Positions 24,545 through 37,445 of a DNA stretch of 64,000 nt are shown here, in pieces. The first letter of the stretch is position 1. Each line of letters starts with the position of its first letter. Under the pieces are notes generated by a model. It made no database searches. It was given only the letters and a program-made list of their open reading frames with translations, and was not told the DNA's origin. Made by a program: the position numbers and the translations under genes. Source of the DNA: Lepidodermella squamata (lineage: Eukaryota > Animalia > Gastrotricha); assembly GCA_047495785.1 (NCBI GenBank), contig JBLDXI010000001.1, positions 1,860,001 to 1,924,000 on the forward strand, given 5' to 3'.

Positions 24545-26507
24545 ATGGCTTCGAGCACTGAAACAAACAGCAGTCCAGGTAAGATGAAACGCGGTACTAA
24601 TTTTCTTATTAGGACCATGCTCACTTTTTAGCGTGTTTCTAATTCGATTTTATTGCCACTGATTATACTTATTGCCTCAACTCGTGCTAACATATTGCGC
24701 TTTTTTCACCACCGTACAGAACAATGCCGGTTGTACGTGTCGCAGTTTTCGGCTCAGCAGCAGGGTTACCACAACATTTCTGGCTCTTCGACGTCGCCTG
24801 GCAACAACCAGCTCAGCTTCAACTGGTGCGATGGCAGCCAGGTCGACACGGCCAAGTCCGATAGCAAGGTGATCAAAACCAGCGGCGGTAGCGTCGTTAA
24901 AAAGCAAAGCTCGTCGTCTTCTTCATCGGCCGCTTCGAAAAAGCGCCGAAATCGCACAACTTTCACGAACCAACAACTCGATGAGATGGAGCGAATTTTC
25001 GCCCGAACTCATTACCCGGACGTTGCCATCCGCGAGCATTTGGCTACAACCTGTGATCTCAGCGAAGCTCGTGTTCAAGTCTGGTTAGTTCACGTTTTTT
25101 TGACATCGATAATTACGCCGAATTTAATTAGAGCGCGCGCACCACCTGATGACCCCGATCGGGTGAGGTGAGATATGAGGCTATCGAAACATAACATCGG
25201 CGCCGCTCTTTTGACGCGCTTGTTTTCATTGCGCAATCGTCTTGTTTTGCGGCGATACCGCCTTTACCGTGATCTTCAGGTGCGATCGATCGGAAAACAT
25301 GCCGATACGCACATGTTCGATTGCGCAACAGATGCGCATCGCGCCAAAAGGCACCGACGTAGAAACAACAATTTACCGCGTTAATAGCGCTTAATTATTA
25401 TTCTTATTTTAATGCAATTATTTATTAAGGAGGATTTTATTATTATTTCAGGTTTCAAAATCGCCGTGCCAAGTGGCGCAAGCGTGAACGTTCGTCGCAG
25501 ATCAGTTCGATTCGCGCGCTTGCGACTGGCGACGATGCGACAAATGGCCGGACGGATTCTCCCGCGAGTACTGCGTCATCGTCATCATCGCTTATCAAAC
25601 ATCCGTCGTCAAGTGGCGCCATCTCAGCCATCAAATCCGAGCCCTTAGCGAAGCAGCGCAAATTGGCCGCGCCTGTTAACGTGTCGCCGTTCGAGTTATT
25701 CGACAACAACAATAACGCTGTCTATCAGGTTCGTGTCTCATCGATTGTTTTCATCAGACCGAAAATTTGTCACGTTTCGGGTTTAAATTCCTGGGGGCGT
25801 GGTAAATTTCCCATGCGCACGGTCACGCGCCTTTGTTTACGCGATTTATAGCGAAGAGGCGCCATAATGCGTGTGCGCGCATTTTTACAGCTTGAAATTT
25901 TAAACTATCTGTTTCATGTATCTCACAGGGCGTATCAGCGGCCTCTTTGACATCAACGGCCAGTCCGATTACGACCGGCGGCGGTAATGGTAATAACAAC
26001 GCCTATGTTACCACGCCGTGGAGCCAGTTGATGAGCAACTGTTTCGGCTCATCGTCCGCCGCCATGACGCCGCCGTCGTCTTCAATCGCCACAAATGCCA
26101 GTTCTTATTCGTCGTTTTTCGACGCCGCACCCACGCCGCCGTCGACCACGTGCTCGCCAACCACGACCCAACCAGCTGCTTCGATGATCTCCGGCGCCCT
26201 TCTCCACTCGCTGGTCTACGCCGCGCCAGCTTCACACCACCAAAGCCAATTCGGCAGCAACTACGGCAGCAACTCGAGTAGTATTTACTCATCGAATTAC
26301 TCGTCGATTGTCGCGCCTAATATCTCCCTGCCGGTTTCGAGCCACGCGACCGGCAACCCGTCGTCGTACACCTCGGCGTATAACTCGTACCTGCGCGGCA
26401 GCTCATCGGCCGACTTATTCGCAACTTCGGTTTTCGCCTCGGCACCCACTTCCTCGTCAGCGACCGGCTCGCAAGCGCATCACCCATTAAACACCCTATA
26501 CCAATGA
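24545..26507 (+). CDS. Alx: Paired-like Q50 homeobox transcription factor, Alx/Cart1 family (4 exons)
   Basis: Homeodomain [62 protein letters not shown]. Exons 24545-24578, 24720-25083, 25452-25728, 25929-26507; Ser-rich C-terminus. Confidence 0.82.
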
Positions 26508-27243
26508 TAATGCGATGAGTAAATATTATATAGCAGAGTTGATTAAAAGCGCAATCGATGATGATTTATATGCAGCTAATTAGCACCTCATCGCCGCGTT
26601 GTAAATAACACGCACACGAATTTGTTTGCCGTTGCGATTATCACTCATGTTGTTATTGTTGTCGATGAAGTTGTTGTTGACGATGATGATTGGCTGGCTG
26701 TATAGACTCTTTAAACACCTTTTTCGCAATATTTATTGTTGTTATATTGACTGCGTTTGCACCGAATTATCGCGTAACGAGATGATGTATCGCCAGTCGA
26801 TGTAACGCCGGCGTAGCGGACCGATAATTTCTGCCTTCTATCTCGGTATTTGATTTGACAGTTGATCTGACACAGTGCACAATTTTTCTGATTGAATTTG
26901 TGTTTTTTTCTATAATTTGACCTTATTACATGATAATTATTTGGATGAATTTAGATTATTGATTAGCAATAAATAATTTCTCGTGGGATTTGTCGCGCGT
27001 TTTTTACATGGATTTTTGCCTATTCCAAAATTTATTTGGTCTCTGATGGATTGGAGATAAGTCGTAGTTGTTAGTAGTTGTTATACCGGGTTCTATCGCT
27101 ATCGAAACCGCGGAACTAATGTAATGGGTATTCCATATCCGATCAGCATATCGGCCTTGAGTTTAACAGACTGTTGGTTATGAAAAATGATGACCTTGGT
27201 GGGAATTTCCTCATTAATTGACAAGAAATTTATTTTCACGAGC

Positions 27244-27317
27244 GCCTCCTTGGCTCAGTTGGCTAGAGCGCCAGTCTCATAATCTGGAGGTCGTGAGTTC
27301 GATCCTCACAGGGGGCA
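27244..27317 (+). tRNA. tRNA-Met (CAT), elongator type
   Basis: GCCTCCT/GGGGGC acceptor stem, CT-CAT-AA anticodon loop, GTTCGATC T-loop, T5 terminator ~9 nt downstream. Confidence 0.95.
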
Positions 27318-27836
27318 GCTTCAACTTTTTGAAAGTTGAAAGCGTGATAAAATAAATTTTCGGTTGATACAAAAAGCTGATCAACTTCGGTTGTTCGATG
27401 ACTCAACCGCAGGCCTTGCTGTTAACACGCTTAGATTCTTTATAATGATGAGAATGACTGCACCTGCTTGCAAAAGTCTCCGGTTGAATAGATTCGAAAG
27501 AAGAGCTGAGGCGTTGAAACTCGCGAAAATTTCGCCATTAACAGCTTAGGTGCGCCCAATTTTAGTTAATTTAGTTTACACTACAATTTAGTCAGTCATG
27601 CGGAAATCCGTATTTTGTTCCGTGATGCTGCTTTTGTGCTAGCTGTTACCGCAGGTTTCAGGGAAATTTCACCGGCGAGTAAAACACTATTTTTACCAGG
27701 ACATTGCAAAATTATTACCTGCATATTTTTCGCAACTGCAGGGTGCCCTAATTTCGAGGGCGGAGATTTTTTCTGTATATCATATTGTCGCGTTCAGCGT
27801 AAGCAAAAGTCAAAAGACTTATCTTTATTGTACATC

Positions 27837-27910
27837 GGTTCCGTTGTGTAGTGGTTCATCACGTCTGCTTTACACGCAGAAGGTCGCGGGTTCGAACCCC
27901 GCCGGAACCT
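27837..27910 (+). tRNA. tRNA-Val (TAC)
   Basis: GGTTCCG/CGGAACC acceptor stem, TCTGC-TT-TAC-AC-GCAGA anticodon arm, GGTTCGAACC T-arm, T4 downstream. Confidence 0.92.
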
Positions 27911-28503
27911 GATATTTTATGAGTTTTGGAAGAAATGGAACTAGTACCCGAAATAACCGCACCTCGAATAAATATCGGCACAGGGGGCTCAATTTTGGGA
28001 CCTTTTTCTGATTTGTTTGTCAACTTTGATCTAAAATCTAAAATAAGTACCTATCTGTTGACCATTGACCATGGCTGGGCTGGGAAATTTCACTCATTTA
28101 TTCTTTCAAGCATTCGACGCGTGGCCTGGTAGCCAATGAAGCGCCGCTATACATCTAGTATGGACCGCTAGTTTGAAGCAACCCTTGAATGAAGCTCTAA
28201 CCACTCGATACGATATGTTTTCGATAAATCCGTAACTTGGATCAGCTTCACCTCATGAAAGAATGTGATCAGCTTCATCAAAAACATGATTCAACGCCAT
28301 ACAAAAAGACAAATGGAACTGTTTTCCCAACATAATTTATTCATTAGTATTTGATATAATATCATCAGACAAGATTTCTGCCTCGGTAATATTTCGCAGG
28401 TTTTGCATTAAAAATTTCGAGATGTTAAAACTATCGCTGCACAACGGGCTTTAAAACAACGTAATCAAAAACAGAGAATGATTGCTGTTAAAAATTGCCA
28501 CTA

Positions 28504-30313
28504 TCAGGTTGACGAAGGAAGATCATTTATGGCTTGAATACAATCTTGGGCAGTCACTTGGCTCGCAGCAGAGGCGCCCGAATTGTTGAACCGCTGAGAC
28601 ATTTGATCGAGGGCAGTCGATAAATTCCACATTTGAATCGACCCAGACGCGTGACCGGTGAATAGAAATCGATTCGAAGTCGTCATTCGCAACTGAGATT
28701 CCCAATACAGGGGCAACACTGATGTTACAGGGCTTCCATCGACCGATTTCACCGTGCAAACCATCGCGCCAGTCGCAGCTTGGATTACATTGATTGAATC
28801 AGTGCCGAAAACCAGCTGATGTAGCATCAATTGGTCGTCATCTTGGTGGCCGAATGGCGTCAACATCGATTGAGCCGCGCAGCTTATTGAAGGGCTGCAA
28901 AGCGGGTCGAAGTCCGAAGTCGCGCCACAACACCGATTTTCGAGGTTGATCAAGTCGAACGAAGCGATTGCCGAGGAACCGGGTTGGGTGGATAGCATGC
29001 CTCGAAAACGATTAACCGTCCAAGTTCTTGCATGCTTTGCTGCGCAAACTGTCATGAGATGCTTATCAGACAACCGAACAGCTATCAATGGCGACATGTG
29101 AACAGTGAAAGTTAGGAACAAAGTCGGCGATTGGCTGAAATATTCAGGATGTTGGACTATCACCCGGACAGTGCCTTTGGCAGTACCATAAGCGACCTCG
29201 AGCCAGTTATCGCAAACGGGCAGTGAATTTCGACTTGCTGGCACATAGACTGACAAAGCTGTTATCGCCTCCTGCAGCGGATCTTCGAATAATTTCACGA
29301 CCAGAACATCGTTATCTCTCATTCGGACAGGAAATTTTTGTAAATCGATGCAGTAGATAATTCCGGCCATCGAGCCGAGGAGCAGCAGACCAGCTGCTGT
29401 TCGATCACAACAGCTCAACTTTGGTAACCGTTGCATTTGCCACTGTTGAGCGAGACCGTGCCATAAAGCAACGCACCCCGAGTCGAAACTGAGGGCGACC
29501 AAATGAGTGCCGATGAAAAAGAGCGAAGAAACAGGTGAATCAAGGGTCATCGGCTGCAATTCTCTCGAATCGGCGCCGTCTTCGATGAATGAGTATACGT
29601 GAACCACCTCCGAGACTGCAACTGCGATGAGACGTTGACTAGCGGCGGTTGAGCCCGGTGGTTGGTATCTAGTGTTAATGGCTAAGCCAGTGACTCGTGA
29701 TGGGAGAACAGGACTCGTCCAGACTCGGTACCATCCGAGAGTTTCTTTATATCGATAACAAATAACTTCGCAGTTAACAGCGGCAACAATCCAGTGATTA
29801 TTTCCAGCCAGCAGATGGACTGATCCTACCACTGGTCGATTATTGCTGCTGTTATTCCCGCTAGTTGGGCTTGTTGGGGGTGGAATGAAGCAGTGAAAGA
29901 GAATGCCACCACAACAGGCCGATGATTCATCTGATCGCTGACAAAATCCGAGCTGCTTGACGAGCGGCGTCAAGCCGTAGAACTCCGCTTCTGATTTCAA
30001 AATGCTCACATCGATACTACTGCTCAGCTGAAAAAGAGATCGTTTAACTTGAAATGCAACTACAATCAAGAATCAAACTCACATGTCTTGTTCTCAAGTA
30101 ATTTAAGATGACAGAAAACACTTCTGGGTCTCGGTCAATGAAATAAGCCTCGTGTTCATCGCGAATGGAAGGAACACGGCCACTCAACAGACTGGTGAAG
30201 AATGAGTCACTTATCCAGGTTAACGTTTCAGCTGTTGTCGCAAAACTGACTCCGCCGACGTTAAGTCGAATAATTTTGTTGCTGGTACCAATATTACTTG
30301 TAAAACCAGCCAT
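28504..30313 (-). CDS. KCTD3: KCTD3/SHKBP1-family BTB plus WD40-like protein (2 coding exons)
   Basis: BTB IIRLNVGG..TLTWISDSFFTSLLSGR..FIDRDP; EAEFYGLTPLV; IDLQKFPVRMRDNDVLV; NWLEVAYGTAKGTVRVIVQHPE; RFRGMLSTQPGS; FLFTGHASGSIQMW. Confidence 0.9.
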
Positions 30314-30534
30314 CTAAAATTCAGAAACATCCAATGAGGAGACGTAGTAAAATAACAAATCATTCAAAACATCGTCTAAAAACGCCTTGCTATCGAATTA
30401 CTCACCGAAATGAGCTTTCGCTGGTGCTATTTTTATTAAGAATATTCCAACAAGACTAGCCCATAAAAACAGCAAGGCAATTTGAAACTCACTGATGAGC
30501 AACCTAATGACCTTAAATCAAGGTACACCATGCG

Positions 30535-30816
30535 CAAAGACGGCGCCAGGGTGGGGCAAGGTGGGCGCTGCCCCCTGGCAAAGAATCTTGCCCCTGAAAG
30601 AATTGGCCAGTGAGCCCGATTTGAGGTATTTTCAGACTATTTCTGACAAAAAACTAAAAAATAGCGTTAGCTAAAGCGCGCTTCGCTCGCATGGTGGTTG
30701 TCGGTTGTCGCATGATAATTTTGCTACAGCAGCATTTTTAAGTATCCCAAATCACATGTCCATTAGTAGCGCGCCCCAGCTTGTCCCCTGGATGTATTAC
30801 CCTGGCGCCGTCCCTG
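30535..30816. mobile_element. hAT-type MITE (~280 bp)
   Basis: Terminal inverted repeats caaagacggcgccagggt (30535) / accctggcgccgtccctg (ending 30816), 16 of 18 matching; flanks accatgcg / cttatgcg resemble a decayed 8-bp target-site duplication. Confidence 0.7.
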
Positions 30817-30828
30817 CTTATGCGTTAC

Positions 30829-31047
30829 TCTTGCACTATTCGTACAGGTCTAATTTTAGGAAACCCCATACATAACCATAACCAGGCGCCATGTGCACAT
30901 GCTCGCTTCGCTCGCATGGTAAAGGTTCTTGTGACCTCGACCTCTGACTTGTATTATTGTTCATTTATTAAATTTTACCTAACCCTAACCCAAACCAGTT
31001 AACCAAACCACAAAACTTAAAACTTAACCCGTACCAATAGTGCAAGA
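30829..31047. mobile_element. Inverted-repeat element containing CCTAAC-like repeats
   Basis: tcttgcactattcgtac / gtaccaatagtgcaaga inverted repeats; internal cctaaccctaacccaaacc; shares cgcttcgctcgcatggt with the adjacent MITE. Confidence 0.6.
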
Positions 31048-32368
31048 ACGGTATGCTCCAAACTCCAAGGATTCCAAGTTCCCATCAAGGAGACTCAGAT
31101 GCGCGCGACAACGTCTATTTCTCAGACCATTTAAAGAGAACACGATTTTGCCAAACCTTATCTTTACGGAATCGAACCCGAACCCGCGCTCCGCATATGA
31201 CACTTGGAATGAAGAGAGACATATAAGTGGAATCGCCGTGTTTTCTTTTCTTTCTTTTCTTTCAAAAAATGCAAACTATCTCCACCACAAAAATTCTGAC
31301 AAGGTCGAGCAACAAATTTTATTTTAATTTCCATATTAACTTATAAAATCAAATTATAAAACATATCGATGGAGTAAAATTGATGAAAATAAAGGCTGCA
31401 GTTAAAATGGACTGGTGGGATGCGCTCAACGCGCTCAAGAAGTGATCCTTGCAAGTTCCTAGAGCGTCAGCCCGCGATTGTCTCCTTAGCCAGCCTTATG
31501 GCGAAAGCTTGAGTCCGTCCGGGCGAAGAAAATTGTTAATTCGGGATCGTTCTACTTCGATTCTTGAGAACTGGTGAGTCAAAGTTAAGATCCAGCTACC
31601 GCAAAAAAGCGCTGCTTTAAGATGCTGAAAAGAGTTAAAGGAGAAGATAGCGGAATTTCAAGAGGCTTCATGCGTTGCATATTCGTTTTACGTGTCTCAT
31701 TAATTTTTTTATGAAGCTTACAGCGCAGCACTATTCACGAGCAGAAATTTCAAGTCAAGGTGGCTAACGCTGTGGGCGAAATCCCCCTGATGTTTGAAAG
31801 CTACAGATTGGGCTGTTGCCAATTGTGCTAACTGCAAAATTGGGCCTCGTTGAGTTTAAAGGGTTCAGAACTTATGAAACTGACACACTGCATTTCCCAC
31901 TATTTCGAGTTTTTTCGGCAGCGACGGGAATCGCATTACAAGATGACTGGAGTAAAGGCTGAGTAGAGGCACAGCTTTCTTTTTCTTCAAAATGTAACTT
32001 GGAATATCTGCAAGGTGATTATACCTTTCTGTAAAAAAGAGTTAAAAACGCAATCGAAAACATCCGGTTATAGTCGAAATTAGTTTCGCTTTATAAAATT
32101 GATGTTCACCTTAGCAATTTTCCTTAAATTCAATATCACACGTCGGTTTTTGAAGAAGTGTACTCCGGGTACTCCGAAATGGCCTGTCCGCATTAATTGA
32201 CTGATGAGACATATAATCGGCCTACTTCAGTTTCAATTTAGTTCAACTGATGGGCAACTATATCAAGAGCTTATTCGTGCACTAGTTTTTACGAATTCTA
32301 CATTCACGCACGGTCAGGAAATCGGCGATTAATGACGGCTGTAGCTCTCTTGAACAAGAAAATAGGAA

Positions 32369-33761
32369 ATGAACTCGATACAAACCACCAATTCTTCTCA
32401 GCCATATGTCAATTTTTCTCAAGTGCCGTGTAAAGTTTGTGGAGCATCAAGCAGGTATAGTGACAGATATATTCTACTAATAATTGCTAAATCGATGGTT
32501 ATAGTGGATATCATTATGGCATAATAAGCTGCGAGGGTTGTAAGGGCTTCTTCTCAAGATCGATGAGACGAGCACGAGCAACGGGTCTACCGATGTACGC
32601 CGTCAAGCCTTATCAACATCGATGTTCAGGCCCTACTGCTGACGCGCCCAATTGCAAGCAGTGTCGGTTCGAAAAATGCCTGGCAGCAGGAATGTCACTT
32701 CTCGCCGTTCAAATCGGCCGTCATTCATTACAGAGGCGCGAAGAGACGAAAACTGAAATGTCCAAGCTAGCCGACGAGAAAAAGCTCCTTGATGAAAAAA
32801 GATTCCGCCGGAAGTTCAGTAATACCAGCGATATCAAAATCAACGAGGCAGCCTCGAGCAGCCACGCGGCGGGAAATAACTCAGAAGCATCGGTAAATGC
32901 GTTGCGGAATCCGTTCGACAGAGGAACATCTCACAGTTCAGCTCTTACACCAGAAGCAAACGTAAAATACTTGGAATTATATTGAAATATTTATGATTTT
33001 TGTTAAGGAAACGGAAGGAGCATTTGTCCTCTTATCTCAGCAACCGGGCCAAAATTCAGTGCAAATGTCAACTCCGAACGGCTTCTCAGTTATGCATTCG
33101 GCATTTTCTTCTCATTCTCAAATTTTACGCGACGCTAGTATGTGGCTACTTATCAACCCCGGAAACCCGTTTCATAGTCTGGATTTATACAAGAGTGGAA
33201 ATGATTCATCTCATTCTTCTCGGACAAGCGAACTGCAAGCTAAATGTAAGCCTCAATTCAGCGAAACTATACCCAATTTTCCTATTTCGAGTGACGCAGA
33301 ACGACAGGTAAATTTACACAAGCGTCATTACAGTTGTTTAGACTGAGAAAATACTAAATAATTAGATCGCACAGGACTATGCTGTTGTTGCCCGGCCGGA
33401 AGATGTCCTAATCACGTCAATGTTCAGTCAATTTACCAGCTTAGAATTATCGTTGCTTTGCGCTCTGACATGCGTTAATTTGGATCAAAGCATCCACTCT
33501 AACGAAATTAAGCACTCATCAATCAGCGATGACACCGATCTCGGACTAATAATTTGGTCAACAGCTGAAGACATTTTCAGCAGACTAACTGGGTCAGGCA
33601 CGGACTCTAGCAAGAACAAATTGAGGAGCTTCAAGGAGTTGTTAATCCATTTTCGAAAAACAGCAATGGATTCTGGATGGACTGCTTTTGAATTCAAAGG
33701 TAGATTCACCGCTCTATTATCCCACAGTCAGAAACTCAATGGTGCAAGTCATTCGGTATAA
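32369..33761 (+). CDS. Divergent nuclear receptor (NR1-like DNA-binding domain, degenerate ligand-binding domain), 4 exons
   Basis: [28 protein letters not shown]...CKQCRFEKCLAAGMSLLAVQIGR. Exons 32369-32454, 32505-32961, 33008-33307, 33366-33761. Confidence 0.85.
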
Positions 33762-34008
33762 CACTCATTCAGCATTCGAACGTAACATTTATTTTTCCAA
33801 TCGATTCGCGACAAATTGAAGAAACATCGAAACATAAATAACAGCGTATCATTTTTAGAAAATAAATAATATACTTGTTATTTCACTTATATTGAAATTA
33901 CAGAAATATGTAAAAAATGAATTTTGTTTTGCCATATGTGATCAACTCGGGTGTATAAAGGGTAGACACATTCTATGTCGGGGTTGTTATCGGGTTAAGA
34001 GGTGTCGA

Positions 34009-35397
34009 TCAAATAGTAGTTTCCAGTGATGGCTGAAATTTTCGCTGGATCGTACCTGATCGGCTGTCGGCATTGTTAGGCGATGATGAAGCGCACGATG
34101 AGTACAAGTGCGGATTGTTCGATTGCGATACTGAGCTAGTGTGTCGGCTGAGGGTTGACGAAGCGCCGCTCGAGAAAGACGACCGGCTACTTGTTCGGGG
34201 AGAAGACACAGTCAATGATTGGCGATGAGCCTGACTACGAGCCATGAGAGGACTCCCCTGGCCCTGATACAGCGAACCAAGATGGAGCCCAGGAATGTGG
34301 GTGCGATGAGATGATGCACCACCTGCGTTGGAAGCTGAAGACTGTGGGCGACTCACGTTGTTGATAACAGATGCGATCTTCTCCTCGTTGAGCACACATA
34401 TCCGCCGAGGAGATGCTGATACGCCGAGATCCGAAGAAGGATTAGTCGCCATTAAGGACGACGAACTCCTCTGAACTGATGTAACAGGTTTCAGGTGCTT
34501 CTTTTCTTCGATCTCGTCTATTTTGTCATGTAGATAACTTTCATCTTCACCTAAGGAGGTTTCTTTGTATTTGGAGGTAGCGTTGAGAACTGGCGTTTCC
34601 GGGGTAGGCGTTCTATCAGCAAAAAGTGAGTCTTGATCTGAGGAGTCAGTCTTCTTCGCAGGTGAGTCCTTCGAGCCTGAGGTTTTTGAGGTGAGAACAA
34701 TTTGTTTTGTAATTTCAATGACTTCCTCCGTGAGGTAGAAGTCTTCAACGTCGGAAGAGGGCGAGGGCGTTTTGATTGGGCCTCGAGTACCACTGGCATT
34801 GGAGGTAGGTTGCATCGTACTGCTCATAAGAATACTTATCTCTTCGCATCGGCTCTCATCATCACCAGCAACGCTGTCAGCTATAGACGTAGTTTTGTTT
34901 CTTCGGACAGATGCCGGTGACATGAAAGCCGGAGATCTGCGGCCATGCCTTAGGACCGGTGCTGATACAACAGGTTCGTAAACGAGTTCAACGGATTCTG
35001 CTGTTGAAACAGCGTCGTAAAGATCCGCCGAGTTGGCCATCATTATTCCTAAGGCGTCGGTTATTTCCAAAAAACGCCTGGCAACTAATCGGCACGCGAC
35101 TCCTTCGATTGCAACTAAGACGGTAAGATAATCTCGTAAGTTAAGGCTTGCGACTGCGGATTTGAAATCGGCAGTATCGAGGCGGACGTTGAAGAGAACC
35201 GGTTGGAGAGTTTCTAAACAGACTTGCCGCGGAAATAGGTTGTGCTTATCGACGTAGATAACTAAGGTGTCACTCGACTTTTCGACAGTCTCAGCGTTCT
35301 TCAGGACGTCTATATAAGGGATGCGAAAATTGTACAGAACAAGTTTAATTATTGAAATGAATATAATTCGCGCAAAACACCTATATAATGCACTCAA
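34009..35397 (-). CDS. Ser-rich ORF, probably the 3' part of the RhoGAP-like gene
   Basis: 462-aa open frame, same strand and immediately downstream of the RhoGAP ORF; ends in ETTI (PDZ-ligand-like). The connecting exon could not be resolved. Confidence 0.65.
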   Translation of the reverse strand: MSALYRCFARIIFISIIKLVLYNFRIPYIDVLKNAETVEKSSDTLVIYVDKHNLFPRQVCLETLQPVLFNVRLDTADFKSAVASLNLRDYLTVLVAIEGVACRLVARRFLEITDALGIMMANSADLYDAVSTAESVELVYEPVVSAPVLRHGRRSPAFMSPASVRRNKTTSIADSVAGDDESRCEEISILMSSTMQPTSNASGTRGPIKTPSPSSDVEDFYLTEEVIEITKQIVLTSKTSGSKDSPAKKTDSSDQDSLFADRTPTPETPVLNATSKYKETSLGEDESYLHDKIDEIEEKKHLKPVTSVQRSSSSLMATNPSSDLGVSASPRRICVLNEEKIASVINNVSRPQSSASNAGGASSHRTHIPGLHLGSLYQGQGSPLMARSQAHRQSLTVSSPRTSSRSSFSSGASSTLSRHTSSVSQSNNPHLYSSCASSSPNNADSRSGTIQRKFQPSLETTI

Positions 35398-35592
35398 CGT
35401 TATTAGGAGGAAGAAAAGCCAGATTAAACATGAGGCTATAGCGCGCTTTGATTACGCTGTGTGCGATTTTGCTATAATTTAGACCAGACTTTAGCATCAT
35501 CGGAAGGAAGCTATTAGAGTGATTCCGGTCAAGCAAGTGGAATCATCTGCAATGCTGCGTGCGATGGTGGAACAATGAACAGCGAGCGGCAT

Positions 35593-37445
35593 TTATTTAT
35601 CATTAGTGATAGCGAGATTTATCCTCCATAAAACGGGAAAAATAGAGGAGTAAATATTTGGCCATATATAAAAGAATGCGCGCATTGTAAGGATGAATTG
35701 CTCAACTTTAATTTTTTTAGAAACAAAAATGCAAATACCTATTCCCAAAGCGTCGAGTCTTAGCGCAACTGTGTCGGCCCGTTTACGAACGGAGGCAACG
35801 GAGCCGATGCGATTTGTCGCGTCCTCGCTAATCGCCGCCATTTGATTGGAAAGCTCTTGAATTCGGCCGAGATGCGCCGATAACGCGTTGATCTGCTGCA
35901 GCCGCAAATCAGCCTGCTCATTCTCGTAGCCAACTTCATTGCGACTGCACTTGTCAGTGCTGGACGCGCTGGCCGGAAGCGCCGATTTCTTGCGCTTCGG
36001 CACAAACAGTGCGTTGTAGTTCACCATAAGCTGCGCCAAGAAGCAACTCGCCCGATAGTGGAAGAGAGATTCGTTATCGGGCGAGAAGCGGCCGAGGCCT
36101 GAGCGAAAGACTGTCAGAGCGACGAATGACGCGACGTAGATTGCATTGTTAGTCGACTTGTCAATCGAGTAAAAAGTCCAGTGCCGCCGGAATGTTGATA
36201 CGAGCCAGACAGGCGCCTCCTCGTTCTGCTTATCATAAGCCCAAATCGCCATTTGCCTCAGGGCTGAAATCAACTTCCGCAAGATGCGATAATTAACCAA
36301 CGGCAAGCGTTCCACAAAATCATCCCTCAGGGCGGTCACAGCATCCGGCGCTAGTCTGTACCACTCTTGCGACAACACGAAATTCATGAAAGCGTAAGGA
36401 ATCAGAGGTCTCGGCATGGCTTCGAAGTAGGCAACTATCGCTCCGAAAGCTGCAGCGATGTTGTCCCGCTTATCGACACCGATATTGTCGACCCGAAACA
36501 GGCGTTCCTCGTTATAAGCTTTGATTATCGCCGCTCGTTTCACCTCGATAGCATTTGTTCGAACTTCAAAAATATCACTGTTATTTCGGAAGCATTTTCT
36601 CTCGTTTTTGAGGAAATATAGTAAATCAGCAACAGGAGGCGGTAAGTCCGATTGAGGGTCTAAAATTGCTATATCAAGACCGTAACTCGACAGACCCGCA
36701 GATCCGTTGTTCGAACCGGTCGGACTCCCGCCTGGATTCGAGCATTGAGAAAGAGGCCGTCGCCGTTTATTGCCAATTAGCGATCCAAGGAATGACCGGC
36801 TTGACCGGTTGAAGACAAACGACGGCATGATGTCATCCTTGAAGCGAAACATAGTAAAAAAAGTCATTAGTAATAGAGAAAATCATGGCGTTGTTAAAAA
36901 TAATGAATTCGCAAAAAATCTTGCCCCAGCCGCACACATGGGAATATTTTGAGACATGCCCGTCAATTTTTCATCACATGATGTACCTTATATCTGCCAC
37001 TGTGCCGTTTGTTGTAATAATGAATGTAAATGACGAGAATAACGATGCTTGTAATTCCAATCATCTTTCAGCTTTCATGGCAACTCAGGCGAAATCAGCC
37101 GTGAAAATGTGAATACTAATACCCATAAGTAAAAAACACACAATGTGCATTTTTTGTTATCTTATCGAAACTAGTGTATACTAATTAGCCGCATGATTAA
37201 TGACCTGGTGGGCGGAATTAGCTCTAAGAGAAAGCTTTTTGTTTGATATATACAACAAATCACAGGTGGAAGGTTTTTTAGAAACCGCAGCTATCTTATA
37301 TATTGACTCGCAACAATTTTTAAGCTGGAATTTTCCCATTTAAATTAAAAAAATATTACAATATAGCATTTACCTTGGCGTCGTCATCTTGTTCTGCAGA
37401 AATTGAATCGAGGATAAAGCCAATTCGCTTACTGGCCGCATCCAT
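35593..37445 (-). CDS. RhoGAP-domain-like protein, N-terminal part
   Basis: LPPPVADLLYFL..SDIFE..AAAFGAIVAYFEAMPRPLIPY..LPLVNYRILRKLISAL matches RhoGAP helices. Putative first exon MDAASKRIGF..DDDAK|gtaaat at 37445-37374. Confidence 0.65.

Noticed and set aside
25144-25175. Hammerhead ribozyme core (ctgatga plus short stem) in the Alx intron
   Set aside because: No GAAA follows stem II and no closing stems I and III are present. The ctgatgag hits near 30492 and 32201 fail the same way.
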